Shown piece after piece: positions 21,738-32,710 of a stretch of 64,000 bases of DNA. The notes beneath the pieces are model-generated. The model was not told the DNA's origin. It searched no databases and was given only the letters and a program-made list of their open reading frames with translations. A program made the translations under genes and the position numbers. Location: NCBI RefSeq assembly GCF_055900595.2, contig NZ_CM148325.1. One strand, 5' to 3'. Positions within the stretch are counted from its first letter, which is position 1, and the number at the start of each line of letters is the position of its first letter.

Positions 21738-22093
21738 GCCCTGTAAAACGACATCCGGTGTCTGAGCTTATGCTACAGGACGTTGGCTGACGCCCTTAGC
21801 TCGTTTTCTGAAAAAGTCGTCCTGAAGTCATGCAACGGTATTTTTCTCTGCTTTCGCTCCTGGAAACACTCCGTCGGTAAAACCTTACTGTCCTGCTTAA
21901 TGATGTGAACCGAAGTCAACGGAGATCATTCATTCTGAACCTGCATCCGGTGTTCTGTCCCTTGTCGGTTACCTGATCTTCCCGTTCTGCCGCGGTTTTT
22001 CACTTATTCCATCAACCCCATACGCAAGCCATAACACGTCAGCGCATCCACGGGCAGGACGCGTTGTGGGCTGCGTATAACGGAACATATCTT

Positions 22094-22666
22094 ATGAATG
22101 CTATCCCTTATTTCGACTATAGCATGGCGCCCTTCTGGCCATCTTATCAGAACAAAATCATCGGCGTTCTCAACCGTGTGTTGCGCGAGCAGTCCGGCTC
22201 CAGGATACGGCGGATCCTGCTTCGTCTGCCGGGGGAACATGGCAACATCTTCAGCGACAGAAAAACCTGGTTCGGTATGGCCTTTATCGAAACCGTCAGT
22301 GCGCTGATGAATGCAACCCCCGGACGCGACCTCTGCTGGCTCCTGACACGTCATCCTGAAAAACCGGAATACCACGTGGTGCTGTGCGTCAGACAGGAAT
22401 ATTTCGACGGCCCTGAGCTGGACCGGTTGATTCTGGATGCCTGGAGCAACGTACTGGGCTTCGCGTCACCGGGTGAAGCAGCACCGTACCAGAAACAGAT
22501 AACCCGGGATGTGGTGCTGGACAGTTGTTCACCGGACTGCGAAGAGAGACTCAAAGAGCTGATATGGGCGTTCAGTGATTTCGCCCGCGATCGTCGTGGT
22601 GTGCGCGATCCGGAAGCCCGTTACCTCGCCGGTAATCCCTGGTATCCCGTAGCAGGCCAGCTCTGA
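22094..22666 (+). CDS. YagK/YfjJ family protein (inovirus Gp2-like), second paralog
   Basis: Start taken at internal Met (MNAIPYF); the track ORF begins at 22064; upstream leader is similar to that of the gene at 21006. Confidence 0.55.
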   Translation: MNAIPYFDYSMAPFWPSYQNKIIGVLNRVLREQSGSRIRRILLRLPGEHGNIFSDRKTWFGMAFIETVSALMNATPGRDLCWLLTRHPEKPEYHVVLCVRQEYFDGPELDRLILDAWSNVLGFASPGEAAPYQKQITRDVVLDSCSPDCEERLKELIWAFSDFARDRRGVRDPEARYLAGNPWYPVAGQL

Positions 22667-22734
22667 AAGCTCAGCTCAGCAGATTCACCCGCATTTGCCC
22701 AACATTCATAAATCTCACAGAGGACATTCTGACC

Positions 22735-22971
22735 ATGTTGACCTCAATGACAGGTCACGACAGCGTATTGCTGCGTGCCGACGATCCCCTGATCGACATG
22801 AACTACATCACCAGCTTCACTGGTATGACCGACAAATGGTTTTACAAGCTGATCAGTGAAGGCCATTTCCCTAAACCCATCAAACTGGGGCGCAGCAGCC
22901 GCTGGTACAAAAGTGAAGTGGAGCAGTGGATGCAGCAACGAATCGAGGCATCACGAGGGGCAGCAGCATGA
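22735..22971 (+). CDS. AlpA-family phage/island transcriptional regulator (HTH)
   Basis: 78 aa; SFTGMTDKWFYKLISEGHFPKPIKLGRSSRWYKSEVEQW resembles the AlpA HTH family. Confidence 0.7.
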   Translation: MLTSMTGHDSVLLRADDPLIDMNYITSFTGMTDKWFYKLISEGHFPKPIKLGRSSRWYKSEVEQWMQQRIEASRGAAA

Positions 22972-23171
22972 AACGTGTTGTAATGCCGGTACGCTGGCAA
23001 TGTGCAAAATACCAGCGTTGGTATTGTGGAAATCAGCCCTGTCCCTGGTGCTGGCGACCTGCTGCCCCCGTCTGTCATTCCTCGTTCTTCGCTGTAACAG
23101 GCATCGTACCGGTCTCGGCGTGCTTTCCTGCGTACCGACACCGGTTCAGCAACATTCAAGGGGATCAAATC

Positions 23172-23720
23172 GTGCAAATAACCGAAACCGTACTTTCAGA
23201 GCCGGTGGAAATCCGGCGTTTTATTCAGCAGGCGGTGGATCACTGGCCGCGTCTGCTGGCCGTCCACTTCACACTCCATTCGGCAGAAGGAAACATCAAC
23301 GGACAACAGATTCATGCATTCTGTACTTCCTTTTACCGACAGGTGCACGAGCGTATTACTGAACGTAATCACACGGCCAGTCCAGCACCACCGGTGGTAT
23401 TACGCTGGTTGCGGGAACAACATGGAGGAGCAACAATGCGATGCCTGTTGCTGCTCAGCCAGACGAGCATTTGCCATCCACGGGTCAGTGCCACGGTTGA
23501 TGAAGAATGTTCGCAACGGGTGGATTTATTGCAACAGACATGGCGGGTGATAAGTGCTGACGGACAATGCCGGGTGGAAAGGTGTTTTCAGGCTGCCCGG
23601 GGTGATACATCCGGCCAGTATATTGCGTTAAAAACAGTTGCATTGTCTCTGGGGTTACCGGTTGTGACCGGTATTACCCATCGCCCGGTACAGCGCTGTA
23701 CATTGATTACAGCTCAGTGA
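23172..23720 (+). CDS. Island protein related to the YfjJ/Gp2-like family (third paralog); start uncertain
   Basis: GTG 23172 with AAGGGG upstream; the track ORF reaches back to 22926; a degraded copy of the same sequence lies at 52140-52500. Confidence 0.45.
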   Translation: MQITETVLSEPVEIRRFIQQAVDHWPRLLAVHFTLHSAEGNINGQQIHAFCTSFYRQVHERITERNHTASPAPPVVLRWLREQHGGATMRCLLLLSQTSICHPRVSATVDEECSQRVDLLQQTWRVISADGQCRVERCFQAARGDTSGQYIALKTVALSLGLPVVTGITHRPVQRCTLITAQ

Positions 23721-23737
23721 ACAGCGCTGTTGTGCAG

Positions 23738-24040
23738 TCAACGAGGTTTTCTGTCTTTTCGTCGGTCATTCAGCATCATTAAACGGGTCTCTGCCTCTTT
23801 CTGTTCCTGTGGTGTCACTTCCCCGCACGGCTGACCGTTCAGGTTGTAACGGGCGCCACCTGCTATTAACGCACGGTAATAGCGCGGAGACTGCACATAA
23901 GACGCCACTGCTGCATGTAATGTACCAGCGCCAAACGCCAGTTCTCGGATGGCGATATCCTGTATCAGGTCGTCAGGTATCCCCACTTTAAGTGGTTTTG
24001 TTTTTTTCCCGGTTGAATGACTCAGGCCAGAGTTCCACAA
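23738..24040 (-). CDS. Hypothetical protein (100 aa)
   Basis: ORF only; no recognised motif. Confidence 0.3.
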   Translation of the reverse strand: MWNSGLSHSTGKKTKPLKVGIPDDLIQDIAIRELAFGAGTLHAAVASYVQSPRYYRALIAGGARYNLNGQPCGEVTPQEQKEAETRLMMLNDRRKDRKPR

Positions 24041-24604
24041 GACGAATAATGCGCTTACGGTTTTTGCTCTGGCGTTTTGTCATGTCGCCACGGTGTTTTA
24101 TCAGCAGGTTTCTGTTTATCGTTCAACTGTGGTATCTGGTCACCGGCCTTCATTTTGTATGCTGTGTCCGTTTTATCCTGCAGCGGCGTTGCCGGTGATT
24201 TACTGAAAATACCCTGCGGTTTACGGTTAATGGTCAGAGTTACCATCAATTTTGTTACCTCGCGCTGTCAATGGAAGTAGTACCTCATCCGATATCTGAA
24301 AATGTTTTCCGGTGGATGTTACAGCGAATTTCATGTAAGACATGTTGTTGTCGGTATTGTTCAGTACTGTGCGTTGTGAGCGTATTCGTTATCAGACAGA
24401 GGGGCAGGGAACAAATGGCGTAAACGGACATCTCAGTGCCTGAGAAACAGTACAGGTCAGGCCATCATGGCCTGCAAACAGAGCCCTGGCGACCCCGTGG
24501 CCGAAAACGAAACAATAACCCGCGCGCAGTGCGAGGAATCCGGATGTGAAGCAATCAGCAGGTAATATTAATGGCAGGACCAGCAGGTTCTTTAAACAAA
24601 CGAA

Positions 24605-25367
24605 GGTGGTGACTCCAATTAGTAGAACATATATTTTTCGATAAAGGCACCGATGACTTTTTCATGAAGTTCTACAGAGCGCGAGAAACAGATAGTTCTG
24701 CGGGCCAGACGTTTGATTCGGGTTCTCAGAGGTAGATGTTGCGCTCAATGCGCTGAGTAAAAATCTTACCAGTCAGATGCTTCTCCTTCGGTAACTCTCT
24801 GGTGTAACTACCCCATTCGTCAGTGGTCAACATACCGATGGTAAAAGGGCAAGCAGCGCCAGCAATTCACGACAGGTTTAATCAGTCCGTAGGCCAAAAG
24901 TGTAGGCCAGAACGCCACCAGTTTTCGTGTTGTACGTGTACCAGAGCCAGTGCTGTCGCGCTTTACTGCCGACAAAACTCCATTGCTCATCAAGTTCGCA
25001 GATGAGTGCCATATCAGCATGAGCGACCGGGTATGACGTTATTCTTCGTGGCGAGAGTTTTTTAAAGTCCGGATGACAGTATTAATGCCGATTTTCAGCG
25101 TACGGGCAGTATCGCGAACTCCGGCACCGTTGAAAGCCATTTCAGTGATTTGCTCTTTAACTCCCGGTTTACGGGCCTCGTAACGGTAAGTGAGCTGAAG
25201 CACTCGATGACAGTCACGGCAGCGAAATCGATCATGTCCTTTGGGTTCTTCCCGTGACGGTAAACCTGAACGGACTGGCAACAGGAGCAATGAAGGTTAA
25301 CTGTGACCATGAAAGAACCTTAAAAGTGGCTATTATACTCCTAATTCAACTAATTGGAGTCATTACC
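24605..25367 (-). mobile_element. IS1-family element, diverged, with inverted repeats GGTGACTCCAATT...AATTGGAGTCATTACC
   Basis: Terminal inverted repeats read directly; InsA-like ORF at 25039-25290 and InsB-like C-terminus near 24610-25020. Confidence 0.7.
25039..25290 (-). CDS. IS1-family InsA-like protein
   Basis: 83 aa; zinc-finger and HTH pattern like IS1 InsA (CRDCHRVLQL...NGAGVRDTARTLKIGINTVIRTLK). Confidence 0.65.
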   Translation of the reverse strand: MLLLPVRSGLPSREEPKGHDRFRCRDCHRVLQLTYRYEARKPGVKEQITEMAFNGAGVRDTARTLKIGINTVIRTLKNSRHEE

Positions 25368-25789
25368 GTATTCATAATGGATTAGGTTCAGCAGTTGCTG
25401 AAGTGCTTGTAGAAACTTGTCCTGTGCCCATGCGTCGGGTGGGGGTTAAAGAGCGGTATGGCCAGGTTGAAACTCAGGACTTTTTACAGAGAGAGTACGG
25501 GTTAACCGCGCAAGCTATTGTGGCGGCAGCCAGAGAGCTATTGTAATTCATGGAGTTTGTTTACCATTCTGTTTTTCTTAAAAGTGAGTGTCTGTGCGGT
25601 CACTAAACTCGGTAATAAAGCAGTTCATTGCAGGATAAGAAGCGTTTGGTTGTGTCGTTTTACCGTAAGAACCGACCGCCGTATGTATCCATTAAGCCAG
25701 TATTGGTAACGTAGGTGCCCACCTTTTCAAACTGGTGGGCGCCTGTTATGGAGCAAAAACATTATCCGCAGAACCCCGCAGATCATTTT

Positions 25790-25920
25790 CAAATGAGTTA
25801 AACTTCAAATGGTTAAACTGGTTTTGCAACCAGGAGCCTCTGTTGCCCGTATTGCCCGGGAACACGATATCAATGATAACCTCCTGTTCAAATGGCTCAG
25901 ACTCTGGCAGAACGTAAGGT
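25790..25920 (+). mobile_element. Short remnant of an IS OrfA (IS3/IS66-like HTH fragment)
   Basis: Translation ...VARIAREHDINDNLLFKWLRLWQ resembles IS OrfA helix-turn-helix segments. Confidence 0.35.
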
Positions 25921-26744
25921 AAAGGGAGATGAAAAAGGCAATAGCAGAACTGAGTGACAGTGAAACCATTCTGGCGTACAGGGTTGGATGGTGAAACTGA
26001 TAAAAAACCCTCTGAAAATTCTGTCAGAGGGTGTAGTCAAAAATGGTAGATATTTACGATGCAGTAATGCTTTCACTCCGGTAATTAATTTCCGTGATTA
26101 ACTGCTTTCGATCAATAAAGGAATTGCAAAAGTGTGATCTTGTTCACGACATCGTGGATGATAATATGCCTGATGTCTGAATCCGGAAACAGTGCTCTGG
26201 CGGGTTTCATGTGAAGTTGACGGATAAAAAATCCGCACGACCAGACAGACGTGCGGTTTACGAAATTCGTAACAAGAGGCTTTTCTACGGATCACGTGGT
26301 GCGTGCCACGTGAAATTTTTGTAGCGCAAAATGTGCAATGTGTAAATACAAGGAAGGAAAAAAGTTAAATTGGTAGAAGTCCATGCCTGCCACATGTACG
26401 TCTGCATTCCTCGTTTTGAACAGAATTCTCACCAGACATCGTGAATTTCTCATTCAATCATCAGAGATATTAACCAGGATTTTTATTGTTTTGTGATATC
26501 AGCAGTGCAGGTATACAGACGTTAAAGTAATCAGGTTTATTATAACCACCTTTACAAAGTTGTATATGTTTATAATTTAATGATTTTAATGCCAGTCGTT
26601 TTCTGCTGCTTAAATTGAGGTCGCATATTATACACAATAATATTCCTGGCATTATTAAATTAATAAAAGAGGATTCTTATCACTGTATTTTTGCTCCGCA
26701 CTACCGTTCTGGCTGGTGAAGTAATAATACAGGAGAATAACAGA

Positions 26745-28385
26745 ATGCTTAAAAGACGTGATGCTTTTTTAAAGAAAAGCGCGCTGGCAGTGAGTGTGGC
26801 CCTGCTGCTCTCGGCTCAGGCTCAGGCTGTTTTGACAGGGCCTGTTGATGCTAATTCTTCCAGCTTACTGATTGGAGAAAACTCTTTTATTACGAATTCA
26901 ACTGGTACAGCTAATAACACTTTCCTTTTGGGAGGTGGCGCTTTTAACATGGATTCACCAGGAAGTCTTCAGTTTGGCTCTTTTTCGGGAGTGTATAATT
27001 CTCCACACAGTGTCACCCTGGGAAGGGATGCCGGTCAGGCTGAGTCAAAATATGGTGTTGCCATAGGTAAGAGCGCTGAGGTACTTAATTCACAGCAGAG
27101 TGTTGCTATTGGGGGATGGGCTGGAATAGAAAATTCTTCAGGCTCTGTAGCTCTGGGCCATGGCTCACAGGTGTCGGGAGAAAATAACGTGGTATCTGTT
27201 GGTGCCGGGCCTGAGGGATATGGAGAGAGTGTCAAAGGAGCACCGGAAACCCGCCGGATTATAAATGTGTCTGATGGTATCAATAACACAGATGCAGCGA
27301 CGGTAGGGCAACTGAATGAACGATTTGATGATGCACAGGTCTTTTTGTTGCAGACGAATGAAAGAATTGACGAGACAGATAAACGTCTTTCAACAGTTCA
27401 TGCTGAACTCAGCAGGGATATTATTGCAGGCACATCGGCAGCGGTGACGTATACAGATGTAACAGCGCTTGCACTTCAGGATGAGATAAAGGATGGGACG
27501 AACAAAGTACGTGATGAGTTGAAATCACAGGGAGACAGTCTGCGTGGTGAGATAGGCGGTGTATACAGAGATGCCCGTGCTCATACTGACAGTCAGGTCA
27601 CAGCAGTACGTGATGAACTGAAGGCAGAGGGAGACAGTCTGCGCGGTGAGATAGGCGGTGTATACAGAGATGCCCGTGCTCATACTGACAGTCAGGTCAC
27701 AGCAGTACGTGATGAACTGAAGGCAGAGGGAGACAGTCTGCGCGGTGAGATAGGCGGTGTATACAGAGATGCCCGTGCTCATACTGACAGTCAGGTTACA
27801 GCAGTACGTGATGAACTCAGCAGGGATATTATTGCAGGCACATCGGCAGCGGTGGCGTATACGGATGCATCTTCTCTTGCTCTTCAGGATGAAATAAAAG
27901 AAAAAGCGGATGAAACAGTTCAGGTTTCCCGGGCTTATACAGATAAAAGTGTACGGGATGCCCGTAAAGAAGCGAAAAGCCAGGCAGAACATCTCAGCGA
28001 TGTGCTTGTGAAGAACAGGGCGCAGACGGATGCAGCAATAGCCTCAAATACAGCAGCGATAAGGAATAACAGTCATCGTCTGGATTTGACGGAAGCCTGG
28101 CAGAAGATGGCGACAGAGAGAATGAATAATATGCAGGAGCAGATTAAAGAGAACCGGAAGGAGTTAAGGGAGAGTGCAGCCCAGAGCGCGGCACTGGCAG
28201 GTCTTTTCCAGCCATACAGTGTTGGAAAATTTAACGCGACAGCAGCCGTTGGTGGTTACCGTGATGAGCAGGCCATTGCGGTGGGCGTGGGCTACCGTTT
28301 CACAGAGAATGTGGCAGGAAAAGTTGCAGTTGCTGCAGGTGGGTCATCCGCATCGTGGAATGCTGGTGTGAATTTTGAGTTCTGA
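26745..28385 (+). CDS. YadA-type trimeric autotransporter adhesin (Saa/Eib-like) with internal tandem repeats
   Basis: Signal peptide [28 protein letters not shown], head and coiled-coil stalk, C-terminal beta anchor ending [16 protein letters not shown] before ATG 26745; the track ORF begins at 26691. Confidence 0.75.
   Translation: MLKRRDAFLKKSALAVSVALLLSAQAQAVLTGPVDANSSSLLIGENSFITNSTGTANNTFLLGGGAFNMDSPGSLQFGSFSGVYNSPHSVTLGRDAGQAESKYGVAIGKSAEVLNSQQSVAIGGWAGIENSSGSVALGHGSQVSGENNVVSVGAGPEGYGESVKGAPETRRIINVSDGINNTDAATVGQLNERFDDAQVFLLQTNERIDETDKRLSTVHAELSRDIIAGTSAAVTYTDVTALALQDEIKDGTNKVRDELKSQGDSLRGEIGGVYRDARAHTDSQVTAVRDELKAEGDSLRGEIGGVYRDARAHTDSQVTAVRDELKAEGDSLRGEIGGVYRDARAHTDSQVTAVRDELSRDIIAGTSAAVAYTDASSLALQDEIKEKADETVQVSRAYTDKSVRDARKEAKSQAEHLSDVLVKNRAQTDAAIASNTAAIRNNSHRLDLTEAWQKMATERMNNMQEQIKENRKELRESAAQSAALAGLFQPYSVGKFNATAAVGGYRDEQAIAVGVGYRFTENVAGKVAVAAGGSSASWNAGVNFEF
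27511..27807 (+). repeat. Three tandem 99-bp in-frame repeats (33-aa units [33 protein letters not shown]) inside the adhesin stalk
   Basis: Period of 99 bp measured between 27511, 27610 and 27709; copies 2 and 3 are near-identical. Confidence 0.9.
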
Positions 28386-28446
28386 CAGGTCAGGATTTAG
28401 ATATCTGTCCCGGGGGGAGTCCCCCGGGATATAATGAGGTACAGAG

Positions 28447-28902
28447 ATGCTGGATATAATCCTGGCGACGAGAGATATTTATTTTGAAAAAGCCCTGCGA
28501 GAGATATTTGGAACCGTAAGCAGTCGAATCAGATATATAGAAGATGCCATATCAGACAGAAGAAGGGTGCAGTCAGGCAGGTCATTCAGATATTATTTTG
28601 TATTCTGTGATGATGAGTATACAGATATTGTTCGTATTCTTTTTACCGGAGAGGCCTGCTGTATTCTGAATAAGTCGATGCTGAATCTGAGAGCGGCCGG
28701 AGGTGTGTTGACGCTGGAAGAGCGCAGAGCGGTACTGAACCGGTATTACAGAGGTTTAAGTATTGCGGAGATTACAGAAGAGACGGGGCAGAATGACAAG
28801 ACGGTATACGGTCATCTTCGTCGTGCACTGCAGCGGTCTGGATTCCGGAAGGGGCGTTTTATAAAGGGGAGAGAAGCGGCGGGGGATTCAGGTGTTGAAT
28901 AA
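28447..28902 (+). CDS. Small putative regulator with sigma-70 region 4 / LuxR-type HTH
   Basis: 151 aa; LTLEERRAVLNRYYRGLSIAEITEETGQNDKTVYGHLRRAL resembles ECF sigma region 4. Confidence 0.5.
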   Translation: MLDIILATRDIYFEKALREIFGTVSSRIRYIEDAISDRRRVQSGRSFRYYFVFCDDEYTDIVRILFTGEACCILNKSMLNLRAAGGVLTLEERRAVLNRYYRGLSIAEITEETGQNDKTVYGHLRRALQRSGFRKGRFIKGREAAGDSGVE

Positions 28903-29169
28903 TGTATCTTATATTGTGATATCGGTGCTGCTGCTGTTATTTTTTGTTGTATTTGTGACGAATGGTTAAGAATAAAACATGAGTTGGTGATTATCAGGAC
29001 AGGTTGCTTGTATATGAAGATAACAAAGGCGGCATTTATTTTTGCGCTGTCAGTGTGGAGTGTTGCTGTGATATGTCTTTTATTATTTGTACTGGTTGTT
29101 CTGGGATAGCCATAGTGAAATAAAAAGCTGTCTGAATTAAATTATTTTGAACACATATTTTAATTCTGC

Positions 29170-30480
29170 ACTAAATTCAGAATGACCCTGTAAATAATTC
29201 TGTGTAACTGCCGCCGTATTAAAGGTGCTCGCTAAGGCGGTCACCGAACTCGATAATAAAACGGCTCATTGCCAGCCGCCAGTTCTGGATTGGCATACTC
29301 CATTTTTTGACGCCGACTGTATCGCCAGATAAATCACTTTTCGCACCGAGTCGTCCGTTGGGAACACCTTGCGCTTCTTTATCGCCTGCCGAATGACACT
29401 GTTCAGCGATTCGATGGCATTCGTCGTGTAGATGGCCTTGCGGATATCCGGTGGGTAACCGAAGAAGGTGTTGAGATTTTCCCAGTGTGTGCGCCAGCTC
29501 TTGCTGATTTGCGGGTATTTTTCATCCCAGACGCCTGCAAACTTATCCAACGCCATCAACGCCGTTTCCTCTGTCGGGGCCTGATATACCGCTTTCAGCC
29601 CGCTGGTGACGGCTTTGTAATCCTTCCACGACACGAATTTCAGGCTGTTGCGCACCATATGGATGATGCAGAGCTGAATATGCGTCTGCGGGTACACGCT
29701 ATTTATCGCTTCCGGGAAGCCTTTCAGGCCGTCCACGAAGGCGATAAGGATATCGTTCAGGCCGCGATTTTTCAGTTCCGTCAGTACATTCAGCCAGAAC
29801 TTTGCACCTTCATTTTCGGCCAGCCACATATCCAGCAGCTCTTTCTGACCGTCGGTATTGATGCCCAGCGCGAGGAACACCGCTTTGTTAATGACACTCC
29901 CGCTGTGACGAACCTTAACCACAATACAGTCAAGATAAACAATGGGATACAGTGCATCCAACGGTCGGTTTTGCCATTCAGAGACCTGTTCTTTAACCGC
30001 ATCGGTCACTTTGGATATCAGCGTGGGCGAGACATCGGCGTCGTACATTTCTTTGAAGGCTGAGGTAATTTCGCGGGTAGTCATCCCTCTGGCATACAGC
30101 GCCAGGATCTGGTTGTCCATGCCGGTAATGCGGGTCTGATTTTTCTTCACCAGTTGTGGTTCGAAGGTATTTTCACGGTCACGCGGCGTGTTAAGTTCGA
30201 TCTCGCCATCATCGCACAATACCGTTTTTGACGAGTAGCCATTACGGGTATTAGAGCCTGATTTAGGAGCATTTTTCTCATGACCTAGATGGTCAGTCAG
30301 TTCTGCATTGAGCGCCGTTTCGACGGTAAGCTTTGTCAACATGCGTGAAAACTGGTTGAGGTCGGCTTCGGTTTTAAGGCCTTTGGCCAGTTCAGCCGCA
30401 AGGACTTTAAGTTTCTTTTCGTCCATCGTTTGCCTGTCTCCGTTGTTGGAGTGAACATATCAAAAACAGGCAATTACACA
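29170..30480 (-). mobile_element. IS256-family element (approximate ends)
   Basis: End motif GAACATATCAAAAACAGGCAATTACA near 30455-30480, shared with remnants at 51865-51900 and 62391-62420. Confidence 0.6.
29266..30426 (-). CDS. IS256-family transposase, C-terminal end frameshifted
   Basis: 386 aa mutator-type transposase; the expected ending ...KKWSMPIQNWRLAMSRFIIEF is encoded in another frame near 29240-29300. Confidence 0.8.
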   Translation of the reverse strand: MDEKKLKVLAAELAKGLKTEADLNQFSRMLTKLTVETALNAELTDHLGHEKNAPKSGSNTRNGYSSKTVLCDDGEIELNTPRDRENTFEPQLVKKNQTRITGMDNQILALYARGMTTREITSAFKEMYDADVSPTLISKVTDAVKEQVSEWQNRPLDALYPIVYLDCIVVKVRHSGSVINKAVFLALGINTDGQKELLDMWLAENEGAKFWLNVLTELKNRGLNDILIAFVDGLKGFPEAINSVYPQTHIQLCIIHMVRNSLKFVSWKDYKAVTSGLKAVYQAPTEETALMALDKFAGVWDEKYPQISKSWRTHWENLNTFFGYPPDIRKAIYTTNAIESLNSVIRQAIKKRKVFPTDDSVRKVIYLAIQSASKNGVCQSRTGGWQ

Positions 30481-30539
30481 ATTTTAATTACAGTCTCTTC
30501 AGAATGGGTAATCAGTGACCGTCCTGACGGTCACTTTAA

Positions 30540-31230
30540 AGAAAATGCATATTACACAGAATGGTAAACAGGCTCAACATAGAGCTTGAAGGTAGTTGTT
30601 GCCTTGTAATAAAATGTGTGATTCATAGACATCGTTTCAATTTTCTCAGTTCAAGTTCAGGCTTGTAATTCTGTTCCTGTATATGCTCTTCATTGGGCTG
30701 ATAGTTTGCATGAACGGCATCGGAGTATGGTGTTTTCTCAGCAAGTTCAAAGTAGCGTTCCATCGGAGTTTTACCGTTGTGAGCGCTATGAGGACGTTCC
30801 CTGTTATAGTAATGCTACCATTCTGCTAGCAATCCCTTCAGGTCATCAGCAGAAAGATCTACGGTAGCGTAAAACTCAGCTTTGTCTGTCTTTTGGGAAC
30901 GTCCAACCTTTATTACATCAGGCGACAACTACCTTGAAAAACGCCGTTACTCACCGATCCCCTTCACGGTAATACGCACTATTGCCAGTGAGATTGAATG
31001 AAGTCGTTTTAACTCGCTTTGAATACGTCTTGCACCCAGATTTCGCTGAGAACGTAACTTCCAGAATCAGAGCGACTTCGCAAGTGCTGGTTTTCGTTGA
31101 TGGTGAACGCTTGGAGCGACGGCTGTAGCTTTCCAGACCAGCGATGCCCTGAGCCAGATATCTGCGCCACCATTTACACAATGTGGGCCGAGAAGTGCCA
31201 CAGTGACGGCATACAAATGTCAACGACGGA
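30540..31230 (-). mobile_element. Degenerate IS remnant (IS3/IS481-like HTH and integrase-core fragments)
   Basis: Fragmentary translations only (GTSRPTLCKWWRRYLAQGIAGL... and ...HSAHNGKTPMERYF). Confidence 0.4.
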
Positions 31231-31266
31231 TGAAAAGTGGCTCTTACGCAACCTGGATGGAGATTT

Positions 31267-32284
31267 TCATGCCAGTGGACTCATGACCCTCTGCCTGAGT
31301 AGTTCAAATCCGGCTCGACCATACATCTGGCCTTTCAGCATTTTTAGTCGATTTACATGACTTTCGACAACCCCCATTATTCCAGCGACTGCTGATTGCC
31401 TCACATATAGCCGCAGCATCAGCTGCCATCCTTGCAGCCACGCGCCGAAGTTACCACTTTCTCGTTGCTCTTTTAACCACTCCCTCCATGGGGCCAGAAG
31501 TCCTCGCTCTGGAGGCCGGGTTGACATTTCAGGGAATGTTCCTGAACACACCCAGAGACTGACTGTCACACGTGATAAGCCTGTAATACGGGATATTTCC
31601 CCTGAACCCACATCCCTTGTTATGTAGTGCCATAACCTCTGTCCAACGCTGATGCCGTTTTTGGCGGGTTTGCTGTTTAAGGCGTTCCGGACGACGGAGC
31701 GATGCTACAGGCACAGACAGTACTGGCTTAGGTGATTTCTTTGGTGACAACCCACTGGCAACAAGACGTATCAGAGGCATCTGTCTGTACATCATTCGTT
31801 CAGGCGCATCGCCAATATTTTTTAGCAGGTGCCATCGATCAGCTATCTGTCTGGCCTGAGGTGCACCTTCACGTGCTGCTGTCGCATAGACTCCGCCACG
31901 GTCACGTGAGACAACCTGTATTTCCGGATATTTTCTGAACCAGGTCGCCAGCGTACTCTGATCGCAACCGGGAAGCAGGACGAGGGGACGGTGAGTATCA
32001 AGATTGACGATTAACGTGCCGTAATGGTGGCCCCGATGCCACGCCCACTCATCAATACCGACATGAGGCGCGCCCGACTGTTTCGTCTCCGGGGTATTAA
32101 TAACCCTGCGAAGAAGAGTATCAGCACTGCAACGTAGCCCCACTGCCGTTGCTGCCTGTTTCCCGGCCTCACCTCCGGCTATTAATCCCGGTTGACGTTG
32201 TAAATTTTGTAACGCCTGTGAATACTGCTGATGTGAACTGTGAAGGGAGGCTGAGACTCGGCAAAATTTTTCGTTAACAGGCAA
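31267..32284 (-). pseudogene. ISL3-family transposase fragments
   Basis: Two overlapping ORFs with ISL3-like motifs (DEWAWHRGHHYGTLIVNLDTH). Confidence 0.55.
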
Positions 32285-32710
32285 GGGTTATGGCAGCACC
32301 AGAGTAAGATGCGTCTGGGCTGAGCAGGGTAAGTGCTGTATCTGGAGGCGATGGCATCTATGAACTGAGTAGCTGTGCTTAAGGTATTCAACACATAGTG
32401 CTGTTTTGCATTTTCCGGGGAGATGGAGGGTTATATACCGTCAGTGCTAATAACTTCTTGACCGTATTGCCATCAGCAAAGTAACCGTAGAAATCTCTTA
32501 AGTGAGTGTATTAAGTTACCCATAACTTAAAACGGCTTCACTGGTAAGCCTCATACATTTTCTTTCACTCAAGTTGTGGAAGCCCTCTTTCGTCGAACCG
32601 TTCGTTATAAATGCAAAAGATGTATGCTGACCCTCTCAAAGCCGAAATCATACAGAGTTTATGGAAAAGTGGTGAACCAGTCGCGTCGAAAGTAGATTGA
32701 GCTCATATCA

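Noticed and set aside
22926-23171. N-terminal extension of the ORF at 22926-23720 (Cys and Trp-rich)
   Set aside because: It overlaps the end of the AlpA-like gene and has unusual composition; the homologous degraded copy at 52140 begins at the position matching GTG 23172.
27511-27807. Possible CRISPR-like repeat array
   Set aside because: The repeats are 99-bp in-frame coding repeats without unique spacers, so they are not a CRISPR array.
27525-27992. 155-aa minus-strand ORF with repeated segments
   Set aside because: It is the antisense reading of the 99-bp tandem repeats inside the adhesin gene and is an artefact of the repeat structure.
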